Assembly: GCA_024137785.1 (NCBI GenBank)
Contig: JAHRHZ010000013.1
Span: 49,957,087-50,021,086 of the forward strand
Reading direction: 5' to 3'
DNA from: Ginglymostoma cirratum
Lineage: Eukaryota
DNA: 64,000 bases
This document shows, one piece after another, positions 13,224-24,075 of the stretch. A program made the translations under genes and the position numbers. The notes under the pieces are model-generated. The model ran no database searches, had not been told where the DNA came from, and saw nothing but the letters and a program-made list of their open reading frames with translations. Each line of letters opens with the position of its first letter. Position 1 is the first letter of the stretch.

Positions 13224-14347
13224 GTATCAGTGAATTGACAGCTTTTATCTGATGTGTAGTGTAAAACATATAATGGAATTACATATTAGATTAAAAAAAA
13301 ATTATCCAGTTCTAGAGTTCCATTTTTCACAAAAATGAAATACGATGGTCTTACTGCAATGTTCCTTAACCCTACCCTGCAGGCAAAAGAAACATTACAT
13401 TCCTGCTTTATTGATGGTTTCACTTTATTATTTCCTCTTCTATATTCTTTCATCTGTTGCTTCCTGGCAATAAATATTTAAAATCAGCAAGCTACGTAGG
13501 TAGATGAAGGTAATTAGAATTGCGAGTTCTCTACCGCCACTGTCGCTGCATGGCTACAGACGGACTCTACCAGGTTTGATTTGCACTGAAATACAACACT
13601 CATGCCTAGTACTGAAATTTAAAGCCTGACCAAAAAATATCAAACCTCAACTACTGAAGGCAAAATTTATGGAATGCCAGTCAGTTTGGCCTTAGCTGGA
13701 TGAGCAACATCTTACAATAACCTATTAAGCTACATATAAATAGCAATATACCAGAAGGAAATAATTTACTTGAAAATAATTTTTATAAACATTCCACTGA
13801 AAACAAGCAATTTGGGAAATTGAAATGCGCTCAGCTGTGATGTCTGTATGCCATAAAATCTATCACTTCAATAAGTTACTTAAAGTACTGTATTCTATCA
13901 CCTACAAACTAACAAATCTTTTTTACCCTCTTCAATTGCCATGATTTAAACATAAGAAACTCTTCTAATAAAAGTGATCGTAGATTTAAATATCCTAATT
14001 TGCAGCAGTAGCCTATATTTAGGTTTCAATTAGTATCTTCCTTTTGCTGATGTTAATCCACATCTGTGCAATGGTCTTTCAGGAAACTAACAACAAAAGC
14101 TTCAGTCACTTTGTGCCAGCTGGGTAGGGTGATGAGTGGAGAAATAAATAGCAGCTTTCAATCAGCACAATGGGCATGTTGAACGATTCCATTGCATAAG
14201 AACATATAGAAGGCAATGGCTTTCAAAAGAAATAGGCAGGGTTAGAGGAAAACAACACTTCCTCATTGACACATTTCCTCGTCAACAAGGATCTCGTGAG
14301 GAAAAAAGCAGTGAGACACATCAACAAAATTTGAATAAAATGCTTAC

Positions 14348-14503
14348 CTTGTCATCATCCTCACATGTCATCACATTGGAAAAGGGTATTTCAGCTTTGA
14401 ACATCTTACGACAGTGCATCAGTTGAACAAGTAAATAACAGACAGTTTTAAATTTCATCCTTTTTGCTGGTTTTATGTCTGACAGAATCAAACCAGGAAA
14501 AAT
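14348..14503 (-). CDS. adcy1: adcy1 coding exon (exon 8 equivalent), calmodulin-binding helix of C1b
   Basis: ttcggcag|ATT...AAG|gtaagc; 156 nt, phase 0-0; IFPGLILSDIKPAKRMKFKTVCYLLVQLMHCRKMFKAEIPFSNVMTCEDDDK, containing the AC1-diagnostic CaM-binding peptide. Confidence 0.97.
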
Positions 14504-14689
14504 CTGCCGAAGAGAGAAAATAGTCAGTGCTAAACATATTTGTAACAAGCAATATAATGCAGTTTTAAGGCAATGTTACATTTACTTTTAAAAGCCTTCC
14601 TTTCACCATTAAGGCCTGGGGTTCCAATCTAAATTCAAACTTTGGAATTCTCCACCCTTTATGCTGCCTGTAAAAGTTTGTGTTTAATT

Positions 14690-15620
14690 CTCCAGAAGGC
14701 CAAAGAAAAATGGATAAGAGATATTAATATGGTGGGGAATTGACTGATAACTGGCAGATGGAATTCAATGTCAGCAAGTCTACGGTGATAGCATTGATAA
14801 AATGAAATAACAGTAGCAATTATAGCCTGAATGGAAATAGACTTGATGCATTGGAGAGCAGAGGGTTTGAGGGCACAGGTGCACACAACAATAAAGTTAA
14901 CACTTCAGGTTCATATGGCTCTAAAAGAAAACAATTCAAATTCTAACTTTTTTTTTTCTGAAGAAGGGTCTCGACCCGAAACGTCAGCTTTCCTGCTCCT
15001 CTGATGCTGCTGTGTTCATCCAGCTCCACAACATTTTATCTCAAATTCTAACTTTTATTGCAAGGGGAAGAAGCAAGAAGTAACGCAAGAGGTAATGATA
15101 TTAGCCCTTACTAATAACTCAGTTAGAATCATGTGCAAATTAGTGAACTTAATTCCACAGGGAATGTTACTTAAACTTAACAAGGGAACACATAAAGGAA
15201 CTATCAAAATCCACAAGAATATAGATGGATTTTAACTGTAACAAGATAGATTACAGGCCAATATAGTAAAATTGTTTAAAATTATGTAAGGAAGACATCA
15301 GGCAGATAAAACACTTTTTATTTGTTGAGGAGTCAAAAATATGGAGCCACAGAATGAATACAACTTAATGTTAAAACTTATAAGACTTACATGTGGTCAG
15401 CAGAAACCTCTTCACACAAAGATTTGTGAAACTGTCGCTTTCATTTCCAGGGTTAATACTTAGGCATGAAAGATCAACCACCACTATTAAGTTATATAGG
15501 TGGATGGAGGGGAAGAGATTGAAGGGTTATGGGAACAGCGTTGGTGAAAGTGATTAGATCTATTTGCTATGCATGAACAATGACAAATTGAACCAAATGG
15601 CCTGTTTCTATGTTGTAACT
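14690..15620 (+). mobile_element. Very old CR1 RT C-terminus/3' fragment
   Basis: Remnant ADNWQMEFNVSK-like text and CR1 tail (gaaccaaatggcctgtttcta). Confidence 0.6.
14952..15042 (+). mobile_element. About 90-bp solo PLE terminal repeat starting at an intact hammerhead core
   Basis: CUGAAGA-a-GGGU cucg ACCC-GAAA-CGUC at 14958-14985; TSD AAATTCTAACTTTT at 14938-14951 and 15043-15056. Confidence 0.88.
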
Positions 15621-15782
15621 CAATGCATTTTGTTGCATAAGTTGAGTTGCCTGAATCCTTTTGTACTGAATAAAAGCCCAAAGCATGAAACTATCTACAA
15701 ACCAATCCTAACTGACATCAGAGATAACAAGCGTGGGGCTGGATGAACACAGCAGGTCAAGCAGCATCATAGGAGCAGGAAA

Positions 15783-15818
15783 ACTTGACGTTTCAGGCCT
15801 AAACCCTTCATCAGAAAT
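15783..15818 (-). ncRNA. Minimal hammerhead ribozyme motif, intact core, sense to adcy1 pre-mRNA
   Basis: AUUU-CUGAUGA-AGG guuuagg CCU-GAAA-CGUC^AAGU; predicted cleavage between 15787 and 15786. Confidence 0.75.
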
Positions 15819-15860
15819 GGGGGAGGGGAAGAGGGTTCTGAAATAAATAGGGAGAGAGGG

Positions 15861-16260
15861 NNNNNNNNNNNNNNNNNNNNNNNNNNNNNNNNNNNNNNNN
15901 NNNNNNNNNNNNNNNNNNNNNNNNNNNNNNNNNNNNNNNNNNNNNNNNNNNNNNNNNNNNNNNNNNNNNNNNNNNNNNNNNNNNNNNNNNNNNNNNNNNN
16001 NNNNNNNNNNNNNNNNNNNNNNNNNNNNNNNNNNNNNNNNNNNNNNNNNNNNNNNNNNNNNNNNNNNNNNNNNNNNNNNNNNNNNNNNNNNNNNNNNNNN
16101 NNNNNNNNNNNNNNNNNNNNNNNNNNNNNNNNNNNNNNNNNNNNNNNNNNNNNNNNNNNNNNNNNNNNNNNNNNNNNNNNNNNNNNNNNNNNNNNNNNNN
16201 NNNNNNNNNNNNNNNNNNNNNNNNNNNNNNNNNNNNNNNNNNNNNNNNNNNNNNNNNNNN
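15861..16260. other. Assembly gap (400 N) inside PLE
   Basis: Run of N. Confidence 1.
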
Positions 16261-18829
16261 CCACATTGATGCCATTGGGCTGCAGGGTTCCCAGGCTGAA
16301 TATGATTTGCTGTTCCTGCAGCCTTCGGGTGGCATCACTGTGGCATTGCAGGAGGCCCAGGATGGACATGTCATCTGAGGAATGGGAGGGGGAGTTGAAA
16401 TGGTTCGCGACTGGGAGGTGCAGTTGTTTGTTGCAAACTGAGCGCAGGTGTTCTGCAAAGCGGTCCCCAAGCCTACGCTTGGTTTCCCCGATGTAGAGGA
16501 AGCCACAACGGGTACAGCTGATGCAGTATACCACATTGGCAGATGTGCAGGTAAACATCTGCCTGATGTGGAAAGTCTTCTTGGGGCCTGGGATTGGGGT
16601 GAGGGAGGAGGTGTGGGGGCAGGTGTAGCACTTCCTGCGGTTACAAGGAAAAGTGCCGGGTGTGGTGGGGCTGGAGGGGAGTGTGGAGCGGACAAGGGAG
16701 TCGCGGAGGGAGTGGTCCCTCCAGAAGGCAGATAAGGGTGGGGAAGGAAAAATGTCTTTGGTGGTGGGGTCTGATTGCAGACGGCGGAAGTGTTGGAGGA
16801 TGATGCGTTGGATCCGGAGGTTGGTGGGGTGGTATGTGAGGACGAGGGGGATTCTTTTTTGGTTATTATTGCGGGGACGGGGCATGAGGGATGTGTCCCG
16901 GGAAATGCGGGAGACACGGTCGAGGGCGTTCTCGACCACTGTGGGGGGGAAGTTGCGGTCCTTGAAGAATGAGGACATTTGAGATGTACGGGAGTGGAAT
17001 GTCTCATCCTGGGAGCAGATGCGGCGGAGGCGAAGGAATTGGGAATAGGGGATGGCATTTTTGCAGGAGGGTGGGTGGGAGGAGATGTATTCCAGGTAGC
17101 TGTGAGAGTCAGTGGGCTTGAAATAGACATCTGTTTCTAGGTGGTTGCCCGAGATGGAGACAGAGAGGTCCAGGAAGGAGAGAGAAGTGTTGGAGATGGT
17201 CCAGGTGAACTTCAGGTTGGGGTGGAAGGTGTTGGTGAAGTGGATGAACTGTTCGAGCTCCGCGTGGGAGCATGAGGCGGCGCCGATGCAGTCATCAATG
17301 TAACGGAGGAAGAGGTGGGGTTTAGGGCCAGTGTAAACAATCCCTCTTCCGTACCAACACACACTAACTGACATCAAATTGGCAGACCTACTAAAAGAAC
17401 CCCTTTGGTTAGTTGGTACATGAAATGAGAATGGGAATGTCAAATTGGTGCTGGAGGGATTGCTCTTCACCCGCTTGGTGAAAATATACTGTTTTTATAA
17501 ATTACAGGGAGCTCTGCCAGCTGACTAGCCAACACCATTTTTGACCTGTGAGTGTTCAATAATAGCATGGATGATCTGAAAATGTTCCATTTCTAACCCT
17601 TTCTTCGTAATCTAAAAGTCCTTTCCTAAATAACTCTTGCTGCTACTTTATGTGAAAGTTGAAATGCTTTTCTCTGTGATGTTGCAGCACAGGTGTCAAT
17701 GGATGCAATTTTGAGTCTTTCCCTATTGAATTCCCCAATTGAACTCCACCAAAGGATTTGGTACACCGTGACATTTCTCATTAGGATAAAAAGTAATACC
17801 TAATGTGATTTACTACCTGTATAAAATTAGCACAAATATCTTTTATTCAAAGTTACTTATATCATGTTACACGATTTCTGGAAATGTTTTGTACTATGCA
17901 AGTGTGATGGGGAAGAGGGTTTCAAAAGAAAAATGGCTGAGAACACTGACTTTACAAATTAAAGTGTAAGCTAAACAGATCTATTCATTAGGAGGTAGAA
18001 CAGCAGAGAAAAGATAACAAATCATTCATAAACTAAATTACATATTGCATCTTCTGTTTTTGTTTCATAATTTCACATACTTCATAACTTCTGAAAATCT
18101 TAGAATGATTACTAAGATTAATCAGAAGTACCTTCATGAATTGACATCCCTAAGGGGAAGTTCACTTGCTCAGATAGTATAATGAAAATTTTATAGGTGT
18201 ACAACTCAATTGGTCTGACTTTGTAATGTCCATTGAGTGCAATCAGCAAGCGTGATTGAATGCAGGCAAATGAAAACCTCCCCATAAAGAAAGTGATTCA
18301 TAAGTGATCAATAAACTGATTTTAATTTTGATGGAGAGCAAACAAGTACTCAACTTCAACCCCTTCATCATCAAATGCAAATAGATTGCAACATGGCACA
18401 TTAATAGTAAAATAGTGAATCTTTGACCTCGGAGTGATTGATTAAGAGATGCTTTTGCAAATACAAAGTAAGATCTTTGTGCTTTGGGACTGTTTCTGTA
18501 GTTAAGAGTGAAATAGAGGATTGAAGGGGTCACATGAACTTCTCTAAATACTGGCTGACAAGGTACATCGGTAGCTCAGTTGTTGAAAGTTAAAGGGGGG
18601 CGCACAGGCTGTCTTACTGTGAAGAAAGTGCAAGAGGTTCACATTTGGGAACAATAATAAAAATATCAGTACTGCCTATGAGCAGACTATATGTCTCCAA
18701 ATGCACAGGGAGCTGTTAGGTATAGTTATACTAAAATTATAGCAACATGAAAGTTATAAAATAACTGAATTTAAGAAGGGGAAGGAATGGATCAATTTCT
18801 CTTGAGAAAGCTGCTGGAGACCAACTAAT

Positions 18830-19335
18830 GCCAGAAACATTAAATTAATAGGACATTTGGAAGACTACAATACATCAACCAATGTTCTTCCCTATCGAAA
18901 CAAACTACTGAGACCATGTGCTTTGACTCCATAGTGACAAAAAGGATTGCTACTAAGTATTCTGGCCTATCTATTCCACGATTCCATCACCTTCTTACGA
19001 GAAAAAAAAACATTTTCTATATTTTCTAATTTCTTTTGTCACTGTTAATGTTGACCTTCTTTGCAGTCCTAGAATCCTGCACGTGGTAGATCATTTCTCG
19101 ATCCAAATTTTTCTGAGCTATAATAATCTGAACACCTTTGATCTGGTCCCAACGATTGTCCCCTTCTTTACAGATACAGAAAATCTTGTAGATACTCTTT
19201 CCAAATAATTCAGCCCAATACTCAGGAGTCAGTCTTGTATCTGTCTAACAACACTCCTCCAAAGTCTGTGCCTTTCTGTGTTCCAGAAAACAATATGCCC
19301 GAATGTGGCATCACCAAAACAGGATACAATATCAA
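18830..19335 (-). mobile_element. Very old CR1 3' fragment
   Basis: Weak similarity (attccacgattccatcacc; gaatgtggcatcaccaa). Confidence 0.45.
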
Positions 19336-19564
19336 CATGGCAAAGGGGAATAGCTTTTAACTATCTTTATGAAATACTTTAGAAAGAGCTAACTGTTATC
19401 ATCTGCCTATGGATTTATGAAGGACAATATAGCAACGTTTAACAACCATAACAATGGATCACATGGCTCCAACTAATTTAGTTTGATATCTACTCCCCTG
19501 TTACATTTAAGATGAGAACTGTATGTGCATAGGATAGTTGACAATAGTATTGAACATCTGCGAC

Positions 19565-20260
19565 CAAAGATCATACGAAGTAGGGATAATTGCTAATGAT
19601 TGCACTGTGTTTAACTCCATTCGCAACTCCTCATACAGTAAGGACTGTAAGTCTGCATGTAACAGACCTGGACTGCATTTAGGCCTGAGCTGATAAGTGG
19701 CAAGTGACACTCACCATCAATGAATCCCTCACTTTCAACATCCTGGGGATTACCACTGACCAGGAACTTAAATAGACAAGCCATAGAAATACTTTGACAA
19801 GAAGAATAGGTAAAGGTTTGGAAGTTCTATTGTGGGTGACTTAACCCTGACTCATCAAACCTGTCCACCATCCACATGGCAGAAGTCAGGACTGTGATGC
19901 ACTAACCTCCACTATCCTTGATAAATGCAATCCCAACAACATTCAAGAAGCTCAAGTCCATTCAGCTCAGGCAAACCATTTGATTGATATCTCATGTGCC
20001 ACCATAACCATTCATTCCCTCCATCGCTGGGCAACCATGACTGCAGTACTCCAGCTACAAGGTGCACTGCAGCAAAGTACCTTGCTTTTTGGTTTATATA
20101 AAGAACACCCCCGAAAGCTGCAACCATACACCTAGAAGGACAAAGTCCACCACCTGCAAGTTCCATTTCAAGTCACAAGCAATGCACTGACTTGGATGGA
20201 TGCTGGTGATCGTTCAGCAATGCTGGATATACTTCCTGGAACTACCTTCCTAATAACACT
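19565..20260 (+). mobile_element. CR1/L2-group LINE 'family B' RT C-terminal fragment
   Basis: IANDCTVFNSIRNSS, ADKWQVT, NILGITTDQELK; collinear with 29580-30330. Confidence 0.8.
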
Positions 20261-20699
20261 GTGAAAGGGACGGGCAATAAACGATCACAACTTGTGAAGG
20301 AATAAAGAAAGAGATTTTGTGGTGACAATCCTATTTCAGTGCAGAAAATTTGTTTCTGCAGCAATGTTATTTCCTCATGTTTTGGATGGATACTATGACA
20401 TGGAAATGAAATGGCAGCAGTCCCAGTGTTTATGGTAAGTAACCTGAACAATACTGCTCCATGTGTCATCTTGAAGAAATTTTTCACCTTGAGAGTTAAG
20501 GAGACTATGGCTTTCTATGTGCACTCTATATTGCTTCTGAAAATTAGTATTAATTTACATAAAGTTCTATCTGTGATAGCATCTTAATACTGAGGAAACA
20601 GCTACCCCTCTTCACAAAAAAAGTTGGAATTACTGGTAGATGAACAAAGGATAATATTACAGGGGTGAGTAGGAGGTGCCAAATAACAAGTAAATTTGG

Positions 20700-20915
20700 A
20701 TCAACAACTTTTGTTTACATAGTTAAATATTCCTAGACAATTCACAAAACAGTTACGAAGAACATTGACACGGAGCCATGTGGGGCGTTAAGGACAGGTG
20801 GTAAAATCTTGGTCAAAGAGATATGTTTTAAAATTAGTTTATGAAAGGCGGATATAGTGATTAATAAGTGGTAAGGTCTGGGAAGGAAACTCCAGCATTG
20901 TGCTCATGCAGTTGA
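20700..20915 (-). mobile_element. L2-type LINE 3' end remnant
   Basis: Resembles recalled shark L2 tails (caacaactt...gacacggagcca...ttggtcaaagag...ttttaa). Confidence 0.45.
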
Positions 20916-20953
20916 TTGTAATCGTTCTAACTCATGCGACATGATAATACTGT

Positions 20954-21402
20954 AAGAATATAAGAACACAAGAACATCAGAACTAGCAAGAGTAGGCAAT
21001 TCAGTCCCTTGACCCTGCTCCACCATTCAACGGCTGATCTCATCTCAGCCCAATTCCACTTTCCTGCTTGCTCTACTTAACCCTTTAAACTGCGACTAAT
21101 TAAAAATCTGCCTATCACGTCCTTAAGTTTCTTGATGTCCCAGCATATACAACACTCTGAGGTAATGAATTCCACAATTTTACTACCCTTTAAGAGAAGT
21201 AATTCCTCCTGTTTTAAATTTATTACTTTCCTTCACCCAAAACTATACTGCTCATTCTTGATTGCCCCACAAGGTGAAAAATCCACTCTACTTCTTTGTT
21301 AATCCCGTTTAACATCTTTTAAAGCTCAATTAGATCTATTCTCCATCTTCTAAACTCTAGTGAGTGTAGGCCTGAGCTATTCAATCAGTTCTCGGAAGAC
21401 AA
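20954..21402 (-). mobile_element. CR1 3' end fragment
   Basis: (taagaaca)-like tail repeats followed by CR1 3' UTR reverse complement. Confidence 0.8.
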
Positions 21403-22139
21403 GATAATATCATATGTCATATTATAGTAGAACTAGGGATCTTGTAATTTTAGTGGTGGTGTGATGAATTGAACACTAGCAGTTACGTGCTCGGAAGCAT
21501 ACAATTGACGTAGAAATTAATTATGTAACTCAACGTGACTTCTACTGAAATTACCATACAGATTGCTCTGTGGCTGCACACTTCGTTTCAGAAGTCAGGA
21601 TAAATCTGAGCTTTAATCCTTGTCAATGAGAAATCCCCCAGGCATCATTCCCTTCTGAAGTCGAGGTGCATGACATATTCTCTTGCCCCAAACCTCCCAG
21701 GCACAGGTCATCATCTAGTCCTTTTCCTGTGCTTTTTCCTATAGGTTATCCATCATATACAAACTCATGCTGCCAAGTTCACCAAAGAGAATCCTTCAAG
21801 CAACAGTTTTTGCTTTTCTCACTGGGGGTGATTTTTTTTTTCAGTTTCCTTTGCATTTAAATGTTAGATTTTAAATGGCAGAAATTAACCCAATATTGAG
21901 ACAAATCAAATCCTAAATAAAGCTACTTGGTCCATGTTAATTATAAATTAACAAGCAGTAGCAAACGAAAATATACTTTTAGAAGTGGTCTCATGATGTC
22001 AATTAATATTAAGGCAGGAAATTAGGACTGATGATTAATTGATAATGTGTGTAGTGGACCTAATGCACACATTAATTTATGCTTGCTAGAAAAAAAAATC
22101 CTGACCAGCTTTTAGTTCTGACTATATGTAAAAAATTAT

Positions 22140-22810
22140 TCTTAGGGGACTTGATAGGGTAGATGAGGAGAGGTTGTTCTCTTGAGGGACAGCCTAATAC
22201 CAGATGGCATAATTTTAAAGTAAGGGGTCGCACATTTATGACAGAGATGGGGAGGAATTTCTTCTCTCGAAAGGATTGTGAGTCTGTGGAATTCTTTACC
22301 ATAGACGGCTGTCGAGGTTGGGTCATTAACTGTATTCAAGGCTGTGATAGATTGCTTGTTAATCAGTCAGAGAATCAACTGTAATGGGAAAAAGGCAGGG
22401 AAGTGAAATTGAAGGTTATCAGATCAGCCATGATCTCACTGTAACGGAGTATAGACCTGATGAACTAAATAAATAAGAACTAGGAGCAGGAGTAGGCTGT
22501 CCGGCCCTTCGAGCCTACTCCACCATTCAACAAGATCATGGCTGATCTTTTCGTGGACTCAGATCCACTTACCCACGCTCTCACCGTATCACTTAATTCC
22601 TTTATTGTTCAAAAAAAATCTACCTTAGCTTTAAAAACATTTACTGAAGTAGCATCAACTACTTCACTTGGCAAGGAATTCCATAGATTAACAACCCTCT
22701 GGGTGAGGAAGTTCCTTCTCAATTCAGTCCTAAGTCTGCTCCCTCTAATCTTGAGGCTATGCCCTAAATGGTCTACCTCTGCTCCTACAGTTCATGTTCT
22801 TGTGGTCTTG
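22140..22810 (+). mobile_element. CR1 3' fragment interrupted in its 3' UTR by an oppositely oriented CR1
   Basis: FKVRGRTFMTEMGRNFFS; UTR breaks at 22470 and resumes at 22770. Confidence 0.85.
22471..22763 (-). mobile_element. Younger CR1 3' fragment nested in opposite orientation
   Basis: CTAAAT direct repeat at 22465-22470 and 22764-22769 as probable TSD. Confidence 0.85.
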
Positions 22811-23587
22811 AAAGGAAATCATGGACACACAGCTGGCACTAAATGTCATCTCAAACCATATCAGCTATTATACTGGCATCTACAGCCTAACTCCAGGTGG
22901 ATATGTTTTTACAGTTGGTACAGTCAACCCTCTGCATTCTGGATTAATTTAAGTTCCAGCCCTTGATATCAAACACTGAGGAGACTTCTACGTCCTTTCC
23001 TAGACTGAAGTAAATCTGACTTTTAAAGTGATACACAACAATTGCACGACTGGAATTTAAAGTTTCTAGCAATATTTATCTTAACCAGCTTGAATAGAAT
23101 GAAGTTTCCTGTTTTAAATAATCCATCCAATATGACTTTAAAGTAAAAGCTAGAGGTTACTCAAAAATCAGTCCGAGAAACTATTTTTGTTTGGACGATT
23201 CTGGGAGAAGTAGGTCTGCTGCCTCTGAGACTACACAAAAATCTAGACTATTTGCATCCTGTTCAACACAACTTCCGTGTAACACATGCACATATACATG
23301 CACGCACACACTCATGGACTGAATTTATCCTCTACTATCCAGAACCCTACATCCAACCAGTCTTCATGCTCTTTCCCCATTGGTAAATAACTAAGGCCAC
23401 CAGCTTGGTGACTGCAGTTTGTTCACAGCATATTGATGAAAACAAATCTCAGGGCAGTTTAAGCCTCACGCTGACACCAAGATGAAAGGACAAAGGCCAC
23501 TTCCCTGGCCTTGTGGCCATTGTGGGCAGAAATTGAATATCATCTTCTGTGGTTTGAAAACATGACTAAAGTACTATCTTAGTAAAT

Positions 23588-23802
23588 GAGATAATAAGGT
23601 GTAGAGCTGGATGAACACAGCAGGCCAAGCAGCATCATTGGAGCAGGAAAGCTTGACTTTTCCGGCCGAGACCCTGAAGAAGGGTCTAGGCCCAAAACAT
23701 CAAGCTTTCCTGCTTCTATGATGCTGCTTGGCCTGCTGTGTTCATCCAGCTCTACACCTTGTTATCTCAGATTCTCCAGCATCTGCAGTTCCAACTATCT
23801 CT
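23588..23802. mobile_element. Fold-back (palindromic) mini-PLE centred on a hammerhead core
   Basis: Arms 23588-23675 and 23681-23768 are reverse complements (8 mismatches in 88 nt), 5-nt loop; centre reads CUGAAGA-aGGGUcuagGCCC-aAAAcauc on +. Confidence 0.92.
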
Positions 23803-23933
23803 ACTAACTTCGTCATTCTTGTTATTCAACACAATTCTGCGACTGGAATCTCAGTTGTATGTTGACATTACAATACTATATTTCTGCAGGATTAAATCTT
23901 AACTGTTGATCCATAGATCAGTTTTTAACTCAC

Positions 23934-24075
23934 TTTCCTTCGATGAGAGGGCACGATGAAGAAGGTTTCAATGTTATGCTTTTTAAGGAAACTGTTTCTC
24001 TCGTACCCAAATCCCGCTTCAACTTCATAATCTCCATTCAGGCACTCCAAGGTGGTCTTTGTGATATGAACCTTT
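23934..24075 (-). CDS. adcy1: adcy1 coding exon (exon 7 equivalent)
   Basis: ttttag|A...AGGAAA|gtgagt; 142 nt; phase matches previous exon; (G)[47 protein letters not shown]. Confidence 0.97.

Larger units (their letters stand above)
15721..17363 (-). mobile_element. Young 5'-truncated Neptune-type PLE (RT C-terminal half, Cys linker, GIY-YIG, 3' pLTR)
   Basis: Stop-free frame 17335-16261: LRYIDD, CNRRKCYTC, VVYCISCTRCGFLYIGETKRRLGDRFAEH; TSD CTAACTGACATCA at 15708-15720 and 17364-17376. Confidence 0.95.

Noticed and set aside
15767-17470. 567-aa and 439-aa ORFs as intact genes
   Set aside because: Lengths are inflated by 400 N. The real part is a 5'-truncated PLE ORF with no start; the N-terminus is flanking or inverted sequence, and the 439-aa frame is a shadow frame.
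23588-23768. Palindrome as a DNA-transposon MITE, miRNA gene or terminator
   Set aside because: The arms are the same sequence as the 3' repeats of the PLEs at 5401-5770 and 15721-17363, so the origin is a retroelement.
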